In this document: one piece after another, positions 8,241 through 16,168 of the stretch
How the letters are laid out: each line of letters starts with the position of its first letter
How positions within the stretch are numbered: position 1 is the stretch's first letter
Origin: Actinomycetota bacterium
GTDB lineage: Bacteria > Actinomycetota > Thermoleophilia > Gaiellales > Gaiellaceae
Direction of reading: 5' to 3'
Assembly (NCBI GenBank): GCA_046727515.1
Contig: JBKPCT010000072.1
Span: 1-46,504, forward strand
DNA length: 46,504 nucleotides
Notes under the pieces: generated by a model
What the model saw: only the letters and a program-made list of their open reading frames with translations
Told to the model about the DNA's origin: nothing
The model's database searches: none
Made by a program: the position numbers and the translations under genes

Positions 8241-8942
8241 GTGGCCGCCAAGCAGTACGAGCTGGTCGCCGAGCGGCTGCGCGCGCGGGTTGTCCACGGC
8301 GAGCTGCAGCCGGGGGAGCGGCTCCCGAACGAGGCCGCGCTCGCGACCGACTTCGGCGTCAGCCGCGCGACGGTCCGCGAGGCACTGCGCGCGCTCGCGG
8401 CGCAGAGCCTGATCCGCACATCGAAAGGCGCCGGCGGCGGCTCGTACGTGACGCTGCCGAGCGTCGACGGCGTCTCCGACTACGTCCAGTCCAGCATCTC
8501 CATGCTCGCCGATGCCGACGACGTCACCCTGGCAGAGCTGCTCGAGGCCAGAGAGCTGCTCGAGGTGCCGGCCGCCCGCCTGGCTGCGGTGCGGCGGCGC
8601 GAGGCCGAGCTGGAGCGGCTGCGCGACGCGATTCCGGACGAGCCGCTGCGGCTCGGCACGCGGCGGCAGTTCGCCTACAACCAGGACTTCCACCTCGCGG
8701 TGATCGGGGGTTGCCGGAACGCGCTGCTGGCGATCGCGGCCCAGCCGGTCTTCGCGGTTCTCCAGCGGAACCTCGCGCGGTCGAAGCTGGGCGCCCGGTT
8801 CCACCGCGCGATCAACGAGCACCACCGCGCGATCGCGGCCGCGATCGAGGTCGGCGATGCGGACACCGCCGGCGACGAGATGCACGCGCATCTCGAGTTC
8901 CTGCGCCCGTACTACGAGCGCGCCTGGCGCCGCGCGCGGTGA
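8241..8942 (+). CDS. GntR family transcriptional regulator, FadR/FCD subfamily
   Basis: ORF 7392..8942 trimmed to GTG 8241, 5 nt after the hyuB stop. wHTH segment LPNEAALATDFGVSRATVREALRALAAQSLIRTSKGAGGGSYV plus a C-terminal helical FCD-like domain (QDFHLAVIGG...HHRAIAAAIEVGDADTAGDEMHAHL). Confidence 0.88.
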   Translation: MAAKQYELVAERLRARVVHGELQPGERLPNEAALATDFGVSRATVREALRALAAQSLIRTSKGAGGGSYVTLPSVDGVSDYVQSSISMLADADDVTLAELLEARELLEVPAARLAAVRRREAELERLRDAIPDEPLRLGTRRQFAYNQDFHLAVIGGCRNALLAIAAQPVFAVLQRNLARSKLGARFHRAINEHHRAIAAAIEVGDADTAGDEMHAHLEFLRPYYERAWRRAR

Positions 8943-9820
8943 CTCCCGTCGCGTTCGGGATCCAGGGCAGCGGCCAGCTGGTCGGCGGTGCCCCGGATCC
9001 CGCGGTCTTTCGCGAGGTCGCCGTCCGGGCAGAGGAGCTCGGCTACGACTCGATCTGGGCGGGCGACCACATCTCTTACCGCAATCCGATCCTGGACGTC
9101 GTCGTCGCGCTCTCGACGTTCGCCGCAGCGACGAAGCGGATCGCGGTTGGGGCCGGCGTTGTTCTGCTGCCGCTCCGTCACCCGAGTGTGGTCGCGAAGG
9201 AGTTCGCGTCGCTCGACTACGTCTCGGGCGGCCGCGTGATCCTGGGCGTCGGCGTCGGCGGCGAGAGCGGCCCGGATTTCGATGCAGTCGGCGTGTCGCC
9301 GCGCGAGCGCGGGGCGCGGACCGACGAGGCGATGCGCGCGCTGCGGTCGCTGTTCGGCGAGCCGCCGGCCGCCTTCAGCGGGCGGTTCTTCTCGTTCGCA
9401 GGGATCTCGATCGAGCCGCCGCCTGCGCAGGCGGGCGGTCCGCCGCTGTGGGTCGGCGGGCGCTCGAAGGCCGCGATCCGTCGCGCGGCGACGCTCGGCG
9501 ACGGATGGATCCCGATCTGGGTCTCCGCGGAGCGGTTCGCGGAGGGGCTCGCGCAGCTTCCCGCGAGCATCGTCCCCGCCGTCACGCTGCCGGCGCACGT
9601 GGGGCCGAAGCGCCGCCTGTACGAGCACCTGCGCGCCCGCTACGCCGGCGACTTCACCGAGCACGTCGTCGATCGCTACTGCATTGCCGGCGCGCCCGAG
9701 GAGTGCGTCGCGCGCGTGCGCGAGTACCTGGATGCCGGCGCGCGGCACGTCGTCTTCAACATCCTCGAGCTCGACGACGCCGACCGGCTGACGGAGGTGG
9801 CCCGTGCTGCCGCTGGCTGA
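8939..9820 (+). CDS. LLM-class (luciferase-like) flavin/F420-dependent oxidoreductase
   Basis: ORF 8711..9820 trimmed to GTG 8939 (GTGA overlap with the GntR stop). EELGYDSIWAGDHISY...GAGVVLLPLRHPSVVAKEFASLDYVSGGRVILGVGVGG is the LLM TIM-barrel pattern. Confidence 0.8.
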   Translation: MTPVAFGIQGSGQLVGGAPDPAVFREVAVRAEELGYDSIWAGDHISYRNPILDVVVALSTFAAATKRIAVGAGVVLLPLRHPSVVAKEFASLDYVSGGRVILGVGVGGESGPDFDAVGVSPRERGARTDEAMRALRSLFGEPPAAFSGRFFSFAGISIEPPPAQAGGPPLWVGGRSKAAIRRAATLGDGWIPIWVSAERFAEGLAQLPASIVPAVTLPAHVGPKRRLYEHLRARYAGDFTEHVVDRYCIAGAPEECVARVREYLDAGARHVVFNILELDDADRLTEVARAAAG

Positions 9821-10997
9821 CGTCCGCGTGCTCGCGATCGAGCAGTTCGGCGCCGGCCCGTGGGGAACGCTCCAGCTCGCCGACCTCGGCGCGGAGGTGA
9901 TCAAGATCGAGGACCCAGCCACCGGCGGCGATGTGGCGCGATACGTGCCGCCCTTCCAGGAGGGCGAGGCCTCGCTCTTTTTCGAAACCTTCAACCGCAA
10001 CAAGCGGAGCGTCTCGCTCGACCTCCGCCGCCCCGACACGCGCGGCGTCTTCGAGGATCTCGTGCGCGTCTCGGACGTCGTCTACTCGAACCTGCGGGGC
10101 GACCGGCCCGAGCGGCTCGGCCTCACGTATGAGCAGCTGCGGCACGTGAACGAGCGAATCGTCTGCTGCTCGCTCTCCGGCTTCGGCATGACCGGGCCGC
10201 GCGCCGGGGAGGGCGGCTACGACTACATGATGCAAGGCCGGGCCGGGTGGATGAGCCTGACGGGCGGCCCCGACGACCCGCCGACGAAGAGCGGTCTCTC
10301 GCTGGTCGACCTCTCCGGCGGCTACGTGTCGGCGATCGCCGTCCTCGCCGGGCTCTGGCGCGCGCGACGCGACGGGACGGGCTGCAACTGCGACATCTCG
10401 CTGCTCGACACCGCCCTCGCCGAGCTCGTCTACATCGGGACCTGGGCGGCCTCGCAAGGCTACGTGCCACCGCGCCGTGCGAATTCCGCGCACCCGGTGA
10501 TCGTCCCGTTCCAGAACTTCCCGACGGCGGACGGCTGGATCGTCGTCGCCTGCCCGAAGGAGAAGTTCTGGGAGCTGCTGTGCGAGGCGATCGGCCGGCC
10601 CCAGCTCGCGCAGGAGTACCCGAGCTTCGCGGAGCGGGACCGGCGCCGCGACGAGCTGGAACCGATCCTGGATGAGGCGTTCCGGGAGCGGACGAGCGAG
10701 GAGTGGCTCGCGGCGCTCGCCGGGGCCGGCGTGCCGTCGGCGCCCGTGAACGACGCCAGAGCGGCGCTGGAGCAGGCGCGCGTGGTCGAGTACGAGCACG
10801 CACAGCTCGGGAAGGTGCGGCAGGTCGCCTCGCCGCTTCGTCTCTCCGGAGCGGAGCCGCCGCTTCGGCCCGCGCCCGAGCGCGGCGCGGACACGGAGCA
10901 GTTGCTGGTCGAGCTGTGCGGCTACGAGCCTGCGCGCGTGCAGGAGCTTGCCGCGGCGGGAGTGTTCGGACAGGAGAAAGGAGCTGCAAATGGGTAG
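9804..10997 (+). CDS. CaiB/BaiF family III CoA-transferase
   Basis: 397 aa. LADVRVLAIEQFGAGPWGTLQLADLGAEVIKIEDP...NRNKRSVSLDL is the family III CoA-transferase N-terminal signature. 17-nt overlap with the LLM gene. Confidence 0.9.
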   Translation: MLPLADVRVLAIEQFGAGPWGTLQLADLGAEVIKIEDPATGGDVARYVPPFQEGEASLFFETFNRNKRSVSLDLRRPDTRGVFEDLVRVSDVVYSNLRGDRPERLGLTYEQLRHVNERIVCCSLSGFGMTGPRAGEGGYDYMMQGRAGWMSLTGGPDDPPTKSGLSLVDLSGGYVSAIAVLAGLWRARRDGTGCNCDISLLDTALAELVYIGTWAASQGYVPPRRANSAHPVIVPFQNFPTADGWIVVACPKEKFWELLCEAIGRPQLAQEYPSFAERDRRRDELEPILDEAFRERTSEEWLAALAGAGVPSAPVNDARAALEQARVVEYEHAQLGKVRQVASPLRLSGAEPPLRPAPERGADTEQLLVELCGYEPARVQELAAAGVFGQEKGAANG

Positions 10998-11370
10998 AGA
11001 TGCAATCCAACCGGAGGGGCTGACGACCCCGACGCCGCCCTACTCGCCGGTCGTGATCTCGGGCGATGCCGTCTACACGGCGGGGCAGATCGCCAACGAC
11101 GCGGACGGCAACCTCGTCGAGGGCGGGATCGAGGAGCAGACGCGCCAGGCGCTCGCGAACGTGCGCGCGTGCGTCGAGGCCGCCGGATGCACGATGGCCG
11201 ACGTCGTCAAGGTGAACGCGTACCTTGCGGACCTCAACGACTTCGCGGGGTACAACCAGGCCTACGTCGAGTTCTTCGACGCCCCGTACCCGGCGCGGAC
11301 CTCGGTGCAGGCCGGGCTCCCCGCGGATGTGCTCGTCGAGATCGAGGCGGTCGCGCGGCGAGCCCAGTGA
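10990..11370 (+). CDS. ridA: RidA/YjgF/L-PSP family reactive-intermediate deaminase
   Basis: ORF 10948..11370 trimmed to ATG 10990, preceded by GGAGAAAGGAG. PYSPVVISGDAVYTAGQIA...VKVNAYLADLNDFAGYNQAYVEFF...PARTSVQAGLPADVLVEIEAVA is the RidA pattern. Confidence 0.9.
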   Translation: MGRDAIQPEGLTTPTPPYSPVVISGDAVYTAGQIANDADGNLVEGGIEEQTRQALANVRACVEAAGCTMADVVKVNAYLADLNDFAGYNQAYVEFFDAPYPARTSVQAGLPADVLVEIEAVARRAQ

Positions 11371-11480
11371 GACGCCCTGTGTCAACAGGGCGTCTCACGC
11401 GGAAGGGGTGCCGGGGGAACCTTAGGTTCCCCCGTGCGCGGCGTCGCGGCTCCGCCGCGGCGCTGCGGGAGAAGCCGTGA
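11367..11480 (+). repeat. intercistronic three-hairpin repeat element, copy A (between ridA and puuE)
   Basis: Hairpin 1: TGAGACGCCCTG/CAGGGCGTCTCA (11368-11397). Hairpin 2: CGGGGGAACC-TTA-GGTTCCCCCG (11412-11434). Hairpin 3 is an imperfect GC hairpin (~11437-11467). The element ends with an SD-like GGGAGAAG plus GTG. It is bounded by GTGA (11367-11370) and GTGA (11477-11480). Confidence 0.8.
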
Positions 11481-12373
11481 GCGCGCGTGACCTCGTCGGC
11501 TACGGCGCCTCACCGCCGGACCCGCAGTGGCCCGGCGGTGCCCGCCTCGCCCTCAGCTTCGTCCTCAACTACGAGGAGGGCGGCGAGCGGACGCCGCTCG
11601 AGGGCGACCCGGAGGCGGAGTCGTTCCTGCACGAGGTCGTCGGCGCGCCGCCGACGGTGGGCCGCCGCAACCTGAACACCGAATCGATGTTCGAGTTCGG
11701 CAGCCGCGCCGGCTCCTGGCGCGTGCACCGGATCTTCACCTCACACGGTCTGCCGCTGACGGTCTACGCGGTCGGCCAGGCCCTCGAGCGGAACCCGGAA
11801 GCGGCAAAGGCGATGGTCGACGCCGGCTGGGAGGTGGCGAGCCACGGCTGGCGCTGGATCGACTACCTGGAGACGCCGGAGGACGAGGAGCGCGAGCACA
11901 TCCGCCTGGCGATCGAGGCGATCGAGCGGTTGTGCGGCCGGCGGCCCGTCGGCTGGTACACGGGCCGGATCTCCGCGAACACCCGGCGGCTCGTCGTCGA
12001 GCACGGCGACTTCCTCTACGACTCCGACTCATACGCCGACGAGCTCCCGTACTGGCTTGAGATCGACGGCCGGGAGCACCTCGTGATCCCGTACACGCTC
12101 GACGCCAACGACATGAAGTTCCTGAGCCCGAACGGCTTCGTCACGGCCGGCCAGTTCCTCGAGTACCTGGTCGACTCCTTCGAGCAGCTCTATGCGGACG
12201 GCGGACGGATGATGAACGTCGGCCTGCACTGCCGGATCGTCGGCCGTCCCGGCCGTGCCCCGGCGCTCGACCGCTTCCTCGCCCATGTGAAGCAGCGGCC
12301 GGACGTGTGGGTGACGACCCGCGCCGAGATCGCCCGCCACTGGCGCGAGCACCACCCGCCGCGTCCGAGCTGA
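11477..12373 (+). CDS. puuE: PuuE-type allantoinase (polysaccharide deacetylase fold, urate catabolism protein)
   Basis: 298 aa. RDLVGYGASPPDPQWPGGARLALSFVLNYEEGGER...SHGWRWIDY...VGWYTGRISANTRRLV...VIPYTLDANDMKF closely follows the PuuE pattern I recall. Confidence 0.85.
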   Translation: MSARDLVGYGASPPDPQWPGGARLALSFVLNYEEGGERTPLEGDPEAESFLHEVVGAPPTVGRRNLNTESMFEFGSRAGSWRVHRIFTSHGLPLTVYAVGQALERNPEAAKAMVDAGWEVASHGWRWIDYLETPEDEEREHIRLAIEAIERLCGRRPVGWYTGRISANTRRLVVEHGDFLYDSDSYADELPYWLEIDGREHLVIPYTLDANDMKFLSPNGFVTAGQFLEYLVDSFEQLYADGGRMMNVGLHCRIVGRPGRAPALDRFLAHVKQRPDVWVTTRAEIARHWREHHPPRPS

Positions 12374-12391
12374 TCGGGGGCTGCGCCGGCC

Positions 12392-13843
12392 TCAGCGGCG
12401 CGGCCGCGGCTTCACATGCAGGAACACCGAACGATCGACTCTGTTGCCGTGAATGTCGACTGCGCGGATGTTGACGCTGTAGTCCCTTGCGATCGCCTTC
12501 GCCAGCGGGACGCGGAACGAGATCCATCCGTCGTATCCGATCCTCGACAGGGGCTGCGCCGTCCGGACCACCCTGAGCCGCCGGTTCGGAGCCTGGCTGT
12601 AGAGCGTCACCGTGAGGCCGACCTTCGCGCCAGTTCCAGAGCGCGACCAGAGCTCGAGCGCCGCGAAGCGGACGAGCGGATACTGCGCGCCGAAGTCGAG
12701 CGTGATCTGCGGCTCGCGCCCGTCGTAGTCGGCTGCTCGCCTGGTGAACGTCGCGAGGGCGGGCTTCTTCGCGCCGTTGCGGCTGACGAGGCCGCTCTTC
12801 CACGCGCTCGTGGGGTCGTCGCGGAGGATGAACCAGATGAACATGTCCACGTTCGGGTCGCCCGCCGCGACGTCGAGCGCGTGCCGGAGATAGGCGGCCT
12901 GCTGCGCACTCGTCACTCCGCCTGCCCTGGCCGGCCTCGTCTGGTAGCCGTACTCGGTGATCCAGATCGGAACCGATTTCCGCTTGAACCACCCGGCGAG
13001 CCTGTCTTCGAACTTGGCCAGGTGCTTGAGCGTCACGTTTGGCCAGCGCACACGCTGGGTCGGCCTCTGCCTCAGGGTGGTCGGGTACGGGTGGTGCGAC
13101 CAGGCGTCGAACTTCAGCCTCGGCTTCTGCTTAGCGAGGAGCCTTGCGAAGTGGCCCGGCGACTCCGTCTCCTGCACGCCTTTCTCTCCGAGGTAGCGGT
13201 CGCGGCCGCGGGCGGACGTCTCGCCGATGCCGACCAGGGCATGCGGGCTGCCAGCCTTGATGCCGGCGTACGCGGCGCGGTAGATCCCCGCGTAGATCTT
13301 GGGCGCGATCGGCCGGCGCGTCCGCGGGTTGTACTGCGGGGAGAGGAACAGCCCGAGGTTCGACTCGTTCCAGACTGTGTAGTAGCGGACGAAGGGATAC
13401 CCCCGATGTCGGCCGGAGTAGCGGTTTGCGAGGGCGTGCGCGAACTTCCGCAGGTCTGCGAGCTTGGTCGGCGCGTGGTTCTGGCCCCTCCCGTGGTTGG
13501 CCCACTTCGGCGTGCCCCAGATCGTCAGCATCACCTCCATCCCATGGAGGCCGGCGTTGCGGACGAATTCGTCGAGGTCCGAGAACCGGTACGCCTTGTC
13601 GAACGGGTTGGCGGCGTTCCGCGGCTTCGTCTCTGCGATGCGCGACCAGTAGACGGTCGTGCGGACGATCCCGGCATGCGCCCGCTGCGCCAGGCGGAAC
13701 GCCCCGGCGCGGTCGGGGCGCCAGCGAAGGGTCGGGTCGTCCTGGAAGCCGACCAGCATCCTCGGCTTCGCGAAGGCCGAGGACGGCGAGAGAACCGCGG
13801 CGAGCACGATTGGGATCAGGGGAAAGAGGAGGCGAAAGCGCAT
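12392..13843 (-). CDS. secreted clan GH-A (cellulase/GH5-like TIM barrel) glycoside hydrolase with C-terminal beta-sandwich-like domain
   Basis: 483 aa. Signal peptide MRFRLLFPLIPIVLAAVLSPSSAFA. YYTVWNESN looks like the acid/base motif and PIWITEYGY the nucleophile motif. The exact GH family is not determinable by eye. Confidence 0.65.
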   Translation of the reverse strand: MRFRLLFPLIPIVLAAVLSPSSAFAKPRMLVGFQDDPTLRWRPDRAGAFRLAQRAHAGIVRTTVYWSRIAETKPRNAANPFDKAYRFSDLDEFVRNAGLHGMEVMLTIWGTPKWANHGRGQNHAPTKLADLRKFAHALANRYSGRHRGYPFVRYYTVWNESNLGLFLSPQYNPRTRRPIAPKIYAGIYRAAYAGIKAGSPHALVGIGETSARGRDRYLGEKGVQETESPGHFARLLAKQKPRLKFDAWSHHPYPTTLRQRPTQRVRWPNVTLKHLAKFEDRLAGWFKRKSVPIWITEYGYQTRPARAGGVTSAQQAAYLRHALDVAAGDPNVDMFIWFILRDDPTSAWKSGLVSRNGAKKPALATFTRRAADYDGREPQITLDFGAQYPLVRFAALELWSRSGTGAKVGLTVTLYSQAPNRRLRVVRTAQPLSRIGYDGWISFRVPLAKAIARDYSVNIRAVDIHGNRVDRSVFLHVKPRPRR

Positions 13844-13890
13844 TGAGTCGCTGGGCCGCCCGCAAGGTCGCGCGGCCCGCCGTGAGGCTC

Positions 13891-13901
13891 GTCGTCTGAC
13901 G
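13891..13901. promoter_or_regulatory. CGTCTGACG palindrome (GTCWGAC core) in the GH / DUF1348 divergent region
   Basis: TCGTCTGACGG at ~13891-13901. A second dyad, TGTCGGGACA, lies at 13951-13960 and overlaps TAGTGT (13948-13953) and ATG 13960. Confidence 0.35.
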
Positions 13902-13959
13902 GCGCGATTTTCCGGCGCGTCGAATTCTTAAACCTGCGGCCCTCGGCTAGTGTCGGGAC

Positions 13960-14378
13960 ATGCCCGAGGACGCCAGACCGCGTGTTCTCCGTTCAGCGAG
14001 GAGACGGCGCGGCAGAAGGTGCAGGCCGCCGAGGACGCGTGGAACCCGTGCGACCCCGAGCGGGCCGCAAAGGCGTACACCTCGACTCGCAGTTGCGGAA
14101 CCGCGACGAGTTCTTCCAGGGCCGCGAGGCGATCGTCGAGTTCCTCCGGCGGAAGTGGGCGCGCGAGCTCGACTACCGGCTGACGAAGGAGCTCTGGTGC
14201 TTCACCGACAACGGCATTTTCCGTCCGGTTCGAGTACGACTCACGCGATCCCGAGGGCCAGCGGTGGCGGAGTCACGGCAACGAGCGCTGGAGGTTCGAC
14301 AAGCGGGGGTACATGCGCGGCCGCGACGCGAGCATCAACGACTACCGGATCGAGGAGCACGAGCGGCGTATCCCGTAG
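13960..14378 (+). pseudogene. DUF1348 (NTF2-like) family gene disrupted by three single-base indels
   Basis: The conserved protein is readable only by joining three frames. These are [10 protein letters not shown] (frame of 13960), then [31 protein letters not shown], then [44 protein letters not shown], then [52 protein letters not shown]. Shifts lie at ~13989 (C-run), ~14082 (C-run) and ~14217-14220 (T-run). Confidence 0.75.
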
Positions 14379-14399
14379 ACTCGCCCGGAAGTCAGACAT
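14376..14399 (+). promoter_or_regulatory. TAGACT -10-like box followed by a GTCAGACAT motif upstream of the SnoaL-like gene
   Basis: TAGACT 14376-14381. AAGTCAGACAT 14389-14399. SD 14402-14410. GTG 14417. Confidence 0.45.
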
Positions 14400-14416
14400 C
14401 CAAGGAGGAGGGCACC

Positions 14417-14818
14417 GTGGGAACGCAGACGCAGCCGCTGACCCGCGACCGGCTCGCGGCCCTACCGGACAGCTACTTCAAGGCGGTTGACGCCAAGGAC
14501 GTCGATGCGATCCTCTCGCACTTCGCCGACGACGCGACCATCACCGTCCAGACCGATCACGCCGTGTTCTCGGGCGCCAACGAGATCCGCCGCATGTTCA
14601 CCGACTTCTGCGACCACTCCGTGTCGATCTTCCACGAGATCAAGAACATCGTCGTCGAGCCCGTCGCGGGCAAGGTCGCCACCGAGCAGAGCTACGTCGG
14701 CGAGCTCGTCGACGGGACGAAGAACGACATGCACAACTGCAACTTCTTCGACGTCGACGCGGACGGGAAGTTCACCCGCGTGATCATCTGGATGGCGGGG
14801 ACGAACCCGCTGACGTAA
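14417..14818 (+). CDS. SnoaL-like / NTF2-fold protein
   Basis: ORF 13982..14818 trimmed to GTG 14417, preceded by AAGGAGGAG (14402-14410). 133 aa; [23 protein letters not shown]...[16 protein letters not shown] is a SnoaL/NTF2-like pattern. Confidence 0.75.
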   Translation: MGTQTQPLTRDRLAALPDSYFKAVDAKDVDAILSHFADDATITVQTDHAVFSGANEIRRMFTDFCDHSVSIFHEIKNIVVEPVAGKVATEQSYVGELVDGTKNDMHNCNFFDVDADGKFTRVIIWMAGTNPLT

Positions 14819-14827
14819 CGCCGTCGG

Positions 14828-15025
14828 TCAGCACTCGCTCGGCTCCGGCGAGAGCCGTGCGGGACGGAGGAAAGCCAGCAGCCGCCGGCCGCCCCGCGGC
14901 CGGTGTCCGGTTACGCCGGTCTCCGCGGGCGCTCGCTGCGCCCGCGCCTCGCGCTCGCCGTACAGGCCCATCCGGGCTTCGAGCTCCATCTGCCTCGTCT
15001 CGAACTGAACCACGCTCGGGTACAA
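14828..15025 (-). CDS. hypothetical small protein (65 aa)
   Basis: TTG start preceded by GAAGGAG at 7-nt spacing. GC3-rich codons. Lies downstream of the alpha/beta hydrolase on the same strand. No recognisable family. Confidence 0.3.
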   Translation of the reverse strand: MYPSVVQFETRQMELEARMGLYGEREARAQRAPAETGVTGHRPRGGRRLLAFLRPARLSPEPSEC

Positions 15026-15129
15026 GTTGTCGCTCCTTCGTCTCAGTCAGGGGAATCGGGTAGACGTGCCTTTCTACGGTAGAGGGCACACGCTCTCGCC
15101 GCATCGGCGGCCTCGCCGAATCGAACTGC

Positions 15130-15975
15130 CTAAGCCGCGGCAGTGGAGGCCGCGGCGAGGGCGCGCTCGAAGAACTCGCCGACGATCCGCACCGCGTCCT
15201 GCGGGCACTCGACGAGGTCGGCGTGTCCGATGTCCGAGAACTCGACGAGCTCGATGTGCTCGCTCAGCTCCGCCATGCGCCGGGCGCCCAGCCCGCTCGG
15301 GGCGAGGTCTGGAGGGCAGAGGATGTCGTGCGTCCCGTTCGTCATCAGCAACGGCCGCTCGATCTCCGGGACGAGCGGCGAGAGGTCCATGTTCTCCATC
15401 GCCAGGCACGCCTGCCGAACGGTGAACGGATCGTTGAGCGCGACGATGTCGCGGACGAGCGGGAAGATGTCCGCGCCCTCGGGGCTCTCCATGAACATCG
15501 CGCCCACCGCCTGCGTCGTCACGTGGTCGGAGAACTCGTCCCACGGCATCGCTTCCGCCATTCGCCGCCAGACCCGGAACAGGGTCCGCCGGTAGAGGTC
15601 CGGCTTCGCGAAGGCGACGTCGGCGCAGGCGGCGATCGTCTTCTCCGGGTAAGACGCCGTGAAGGCGATCGCGATCATCCCGCCCATCGACGTTCCGTGG
15701 ACCAGAGCCTGCTCCAGCCCGACGGCGTCGAGGAGCGCCGCAGCGTCCGCCGCCCAGCCCTCGATCGTGTACGCCTCGCGCGGGTGGTCGGAGGCGCCGT
15801 AGCCGCGGGCGTCGAAGGAGAGCAGCCGGTACTTCTCTCGGAAGCCGTCGTTGACGAGCCCGAAGTTGTGGCGGCCGAAGAGCCCGCCGCCGAGCTGCAC
15901 GATCACCGGCACATCCTCCGGGCCTCTCAGCTCGTAGTAGAGCCGAACGCCGTCCTCGATCTGCGCGTAGGGCAC
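15130..15975 (-). CDS. alpha/beta-fold hydrolase
   Basis: 281 aa. Nucleophile elbow HGTSMGG, RLLSFDARGYGASD, and a C-terminal His region SDIGHAD. GTG start 1 nt after the FmdB stop. Confidence 0.88.
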   Translation of the reverse strand: MPYAQIEDGVRLYYELRGPEDVPVIVQLGGGLFGRHNFGLVNDGFREKYRLLSFDARGYGASDHPREAYTIEGWAADAAALLDAVGLEQALVHGTSMGGMIAIAFTASYPEKTIAACADVAFAKPDLYRRTLFRVWRRMAEAMPWDEFSDHVTTQAVGAMFMESPEGADIFPLVRDIVALNDPFTVRQACLAMENMDLSPLVPEIERPLLMTNGTHDILCPPDLAPSGLGARRMAELSEHIELVEFSDIGHADLVECPQDAVRIVGEFFERALAAASTAAA

Positions 15976-15976
15976 C

Positions 15977-16168
15977 CTAGTCCCAGCTCCTGCCGACCCG
16001 GTCCCAGGCGACGTCGCTGGGGAGCCACTCGGTGAAGATCGTCGACCAGAGGCGCTCGACGGACTTCGCGCCGCACCTCGGGCACGGCGGGGTCGGCTTC
16101 GTGGAGGTTGAGAGATACTCCTCGAACCGCTCCTCGCATTTCTTGCACCGGTACTCGTAGATCGGCAT
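15977..16168 (-). CDS. FmdB-family zinc-ribbon putative regulatory protein
   Basis: 63 aa. MPIYEYRCKKCEERFE...PPCPRCGAKS is the CxxC...CxxC FmdB/TIGR02605-type N-terminus. Confidence 0.85.
   Translation of the reverse strand: MPIYEYRCKKCEERFEEYLSTSTKPTPPCPRCGAKSVERLWSTIFTEWLPSDVAWDRVGRSWD

Noticed and set aside
11412-11434. GGGGGAACC...GGTTCCCCC hairpins as stray CRISPR repeats or as ECF-sigma promoters (GGAAC -35 / CGTC -10)
   Set aside because: These are single hairpins, not arrays. The distance from GGAAC to the nearest CGTC is ~21 nt, too long for the usual 16-17-nt ECF spacing. Their context as part of a longer conserved element explains them better.
13950-13952. GTG 13950 as the start of the DUF1348 gene
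   Set aside because: GTG 13950 lies inside the TAGTGT -10-like box. ATG 13960 gives [17 protein letters not shown], which matches the family N-terminus as I recall it, at the cost of one more frameshift. The ATG is kept as the more likely original start, though this is not certain.
13844-15129. tRNA or other structured RNA genes in the longer gaps (13844-13959, 14819-15129, 31920-32107)
   Set aside because: No cloverleaf-compatible stems or conserved T-loop/anticodon features are visible by eye. These regions are better explained as promoters plus one small SD-preceded ORF. A tRNAscan/Infernal run would be needed to be definitive.
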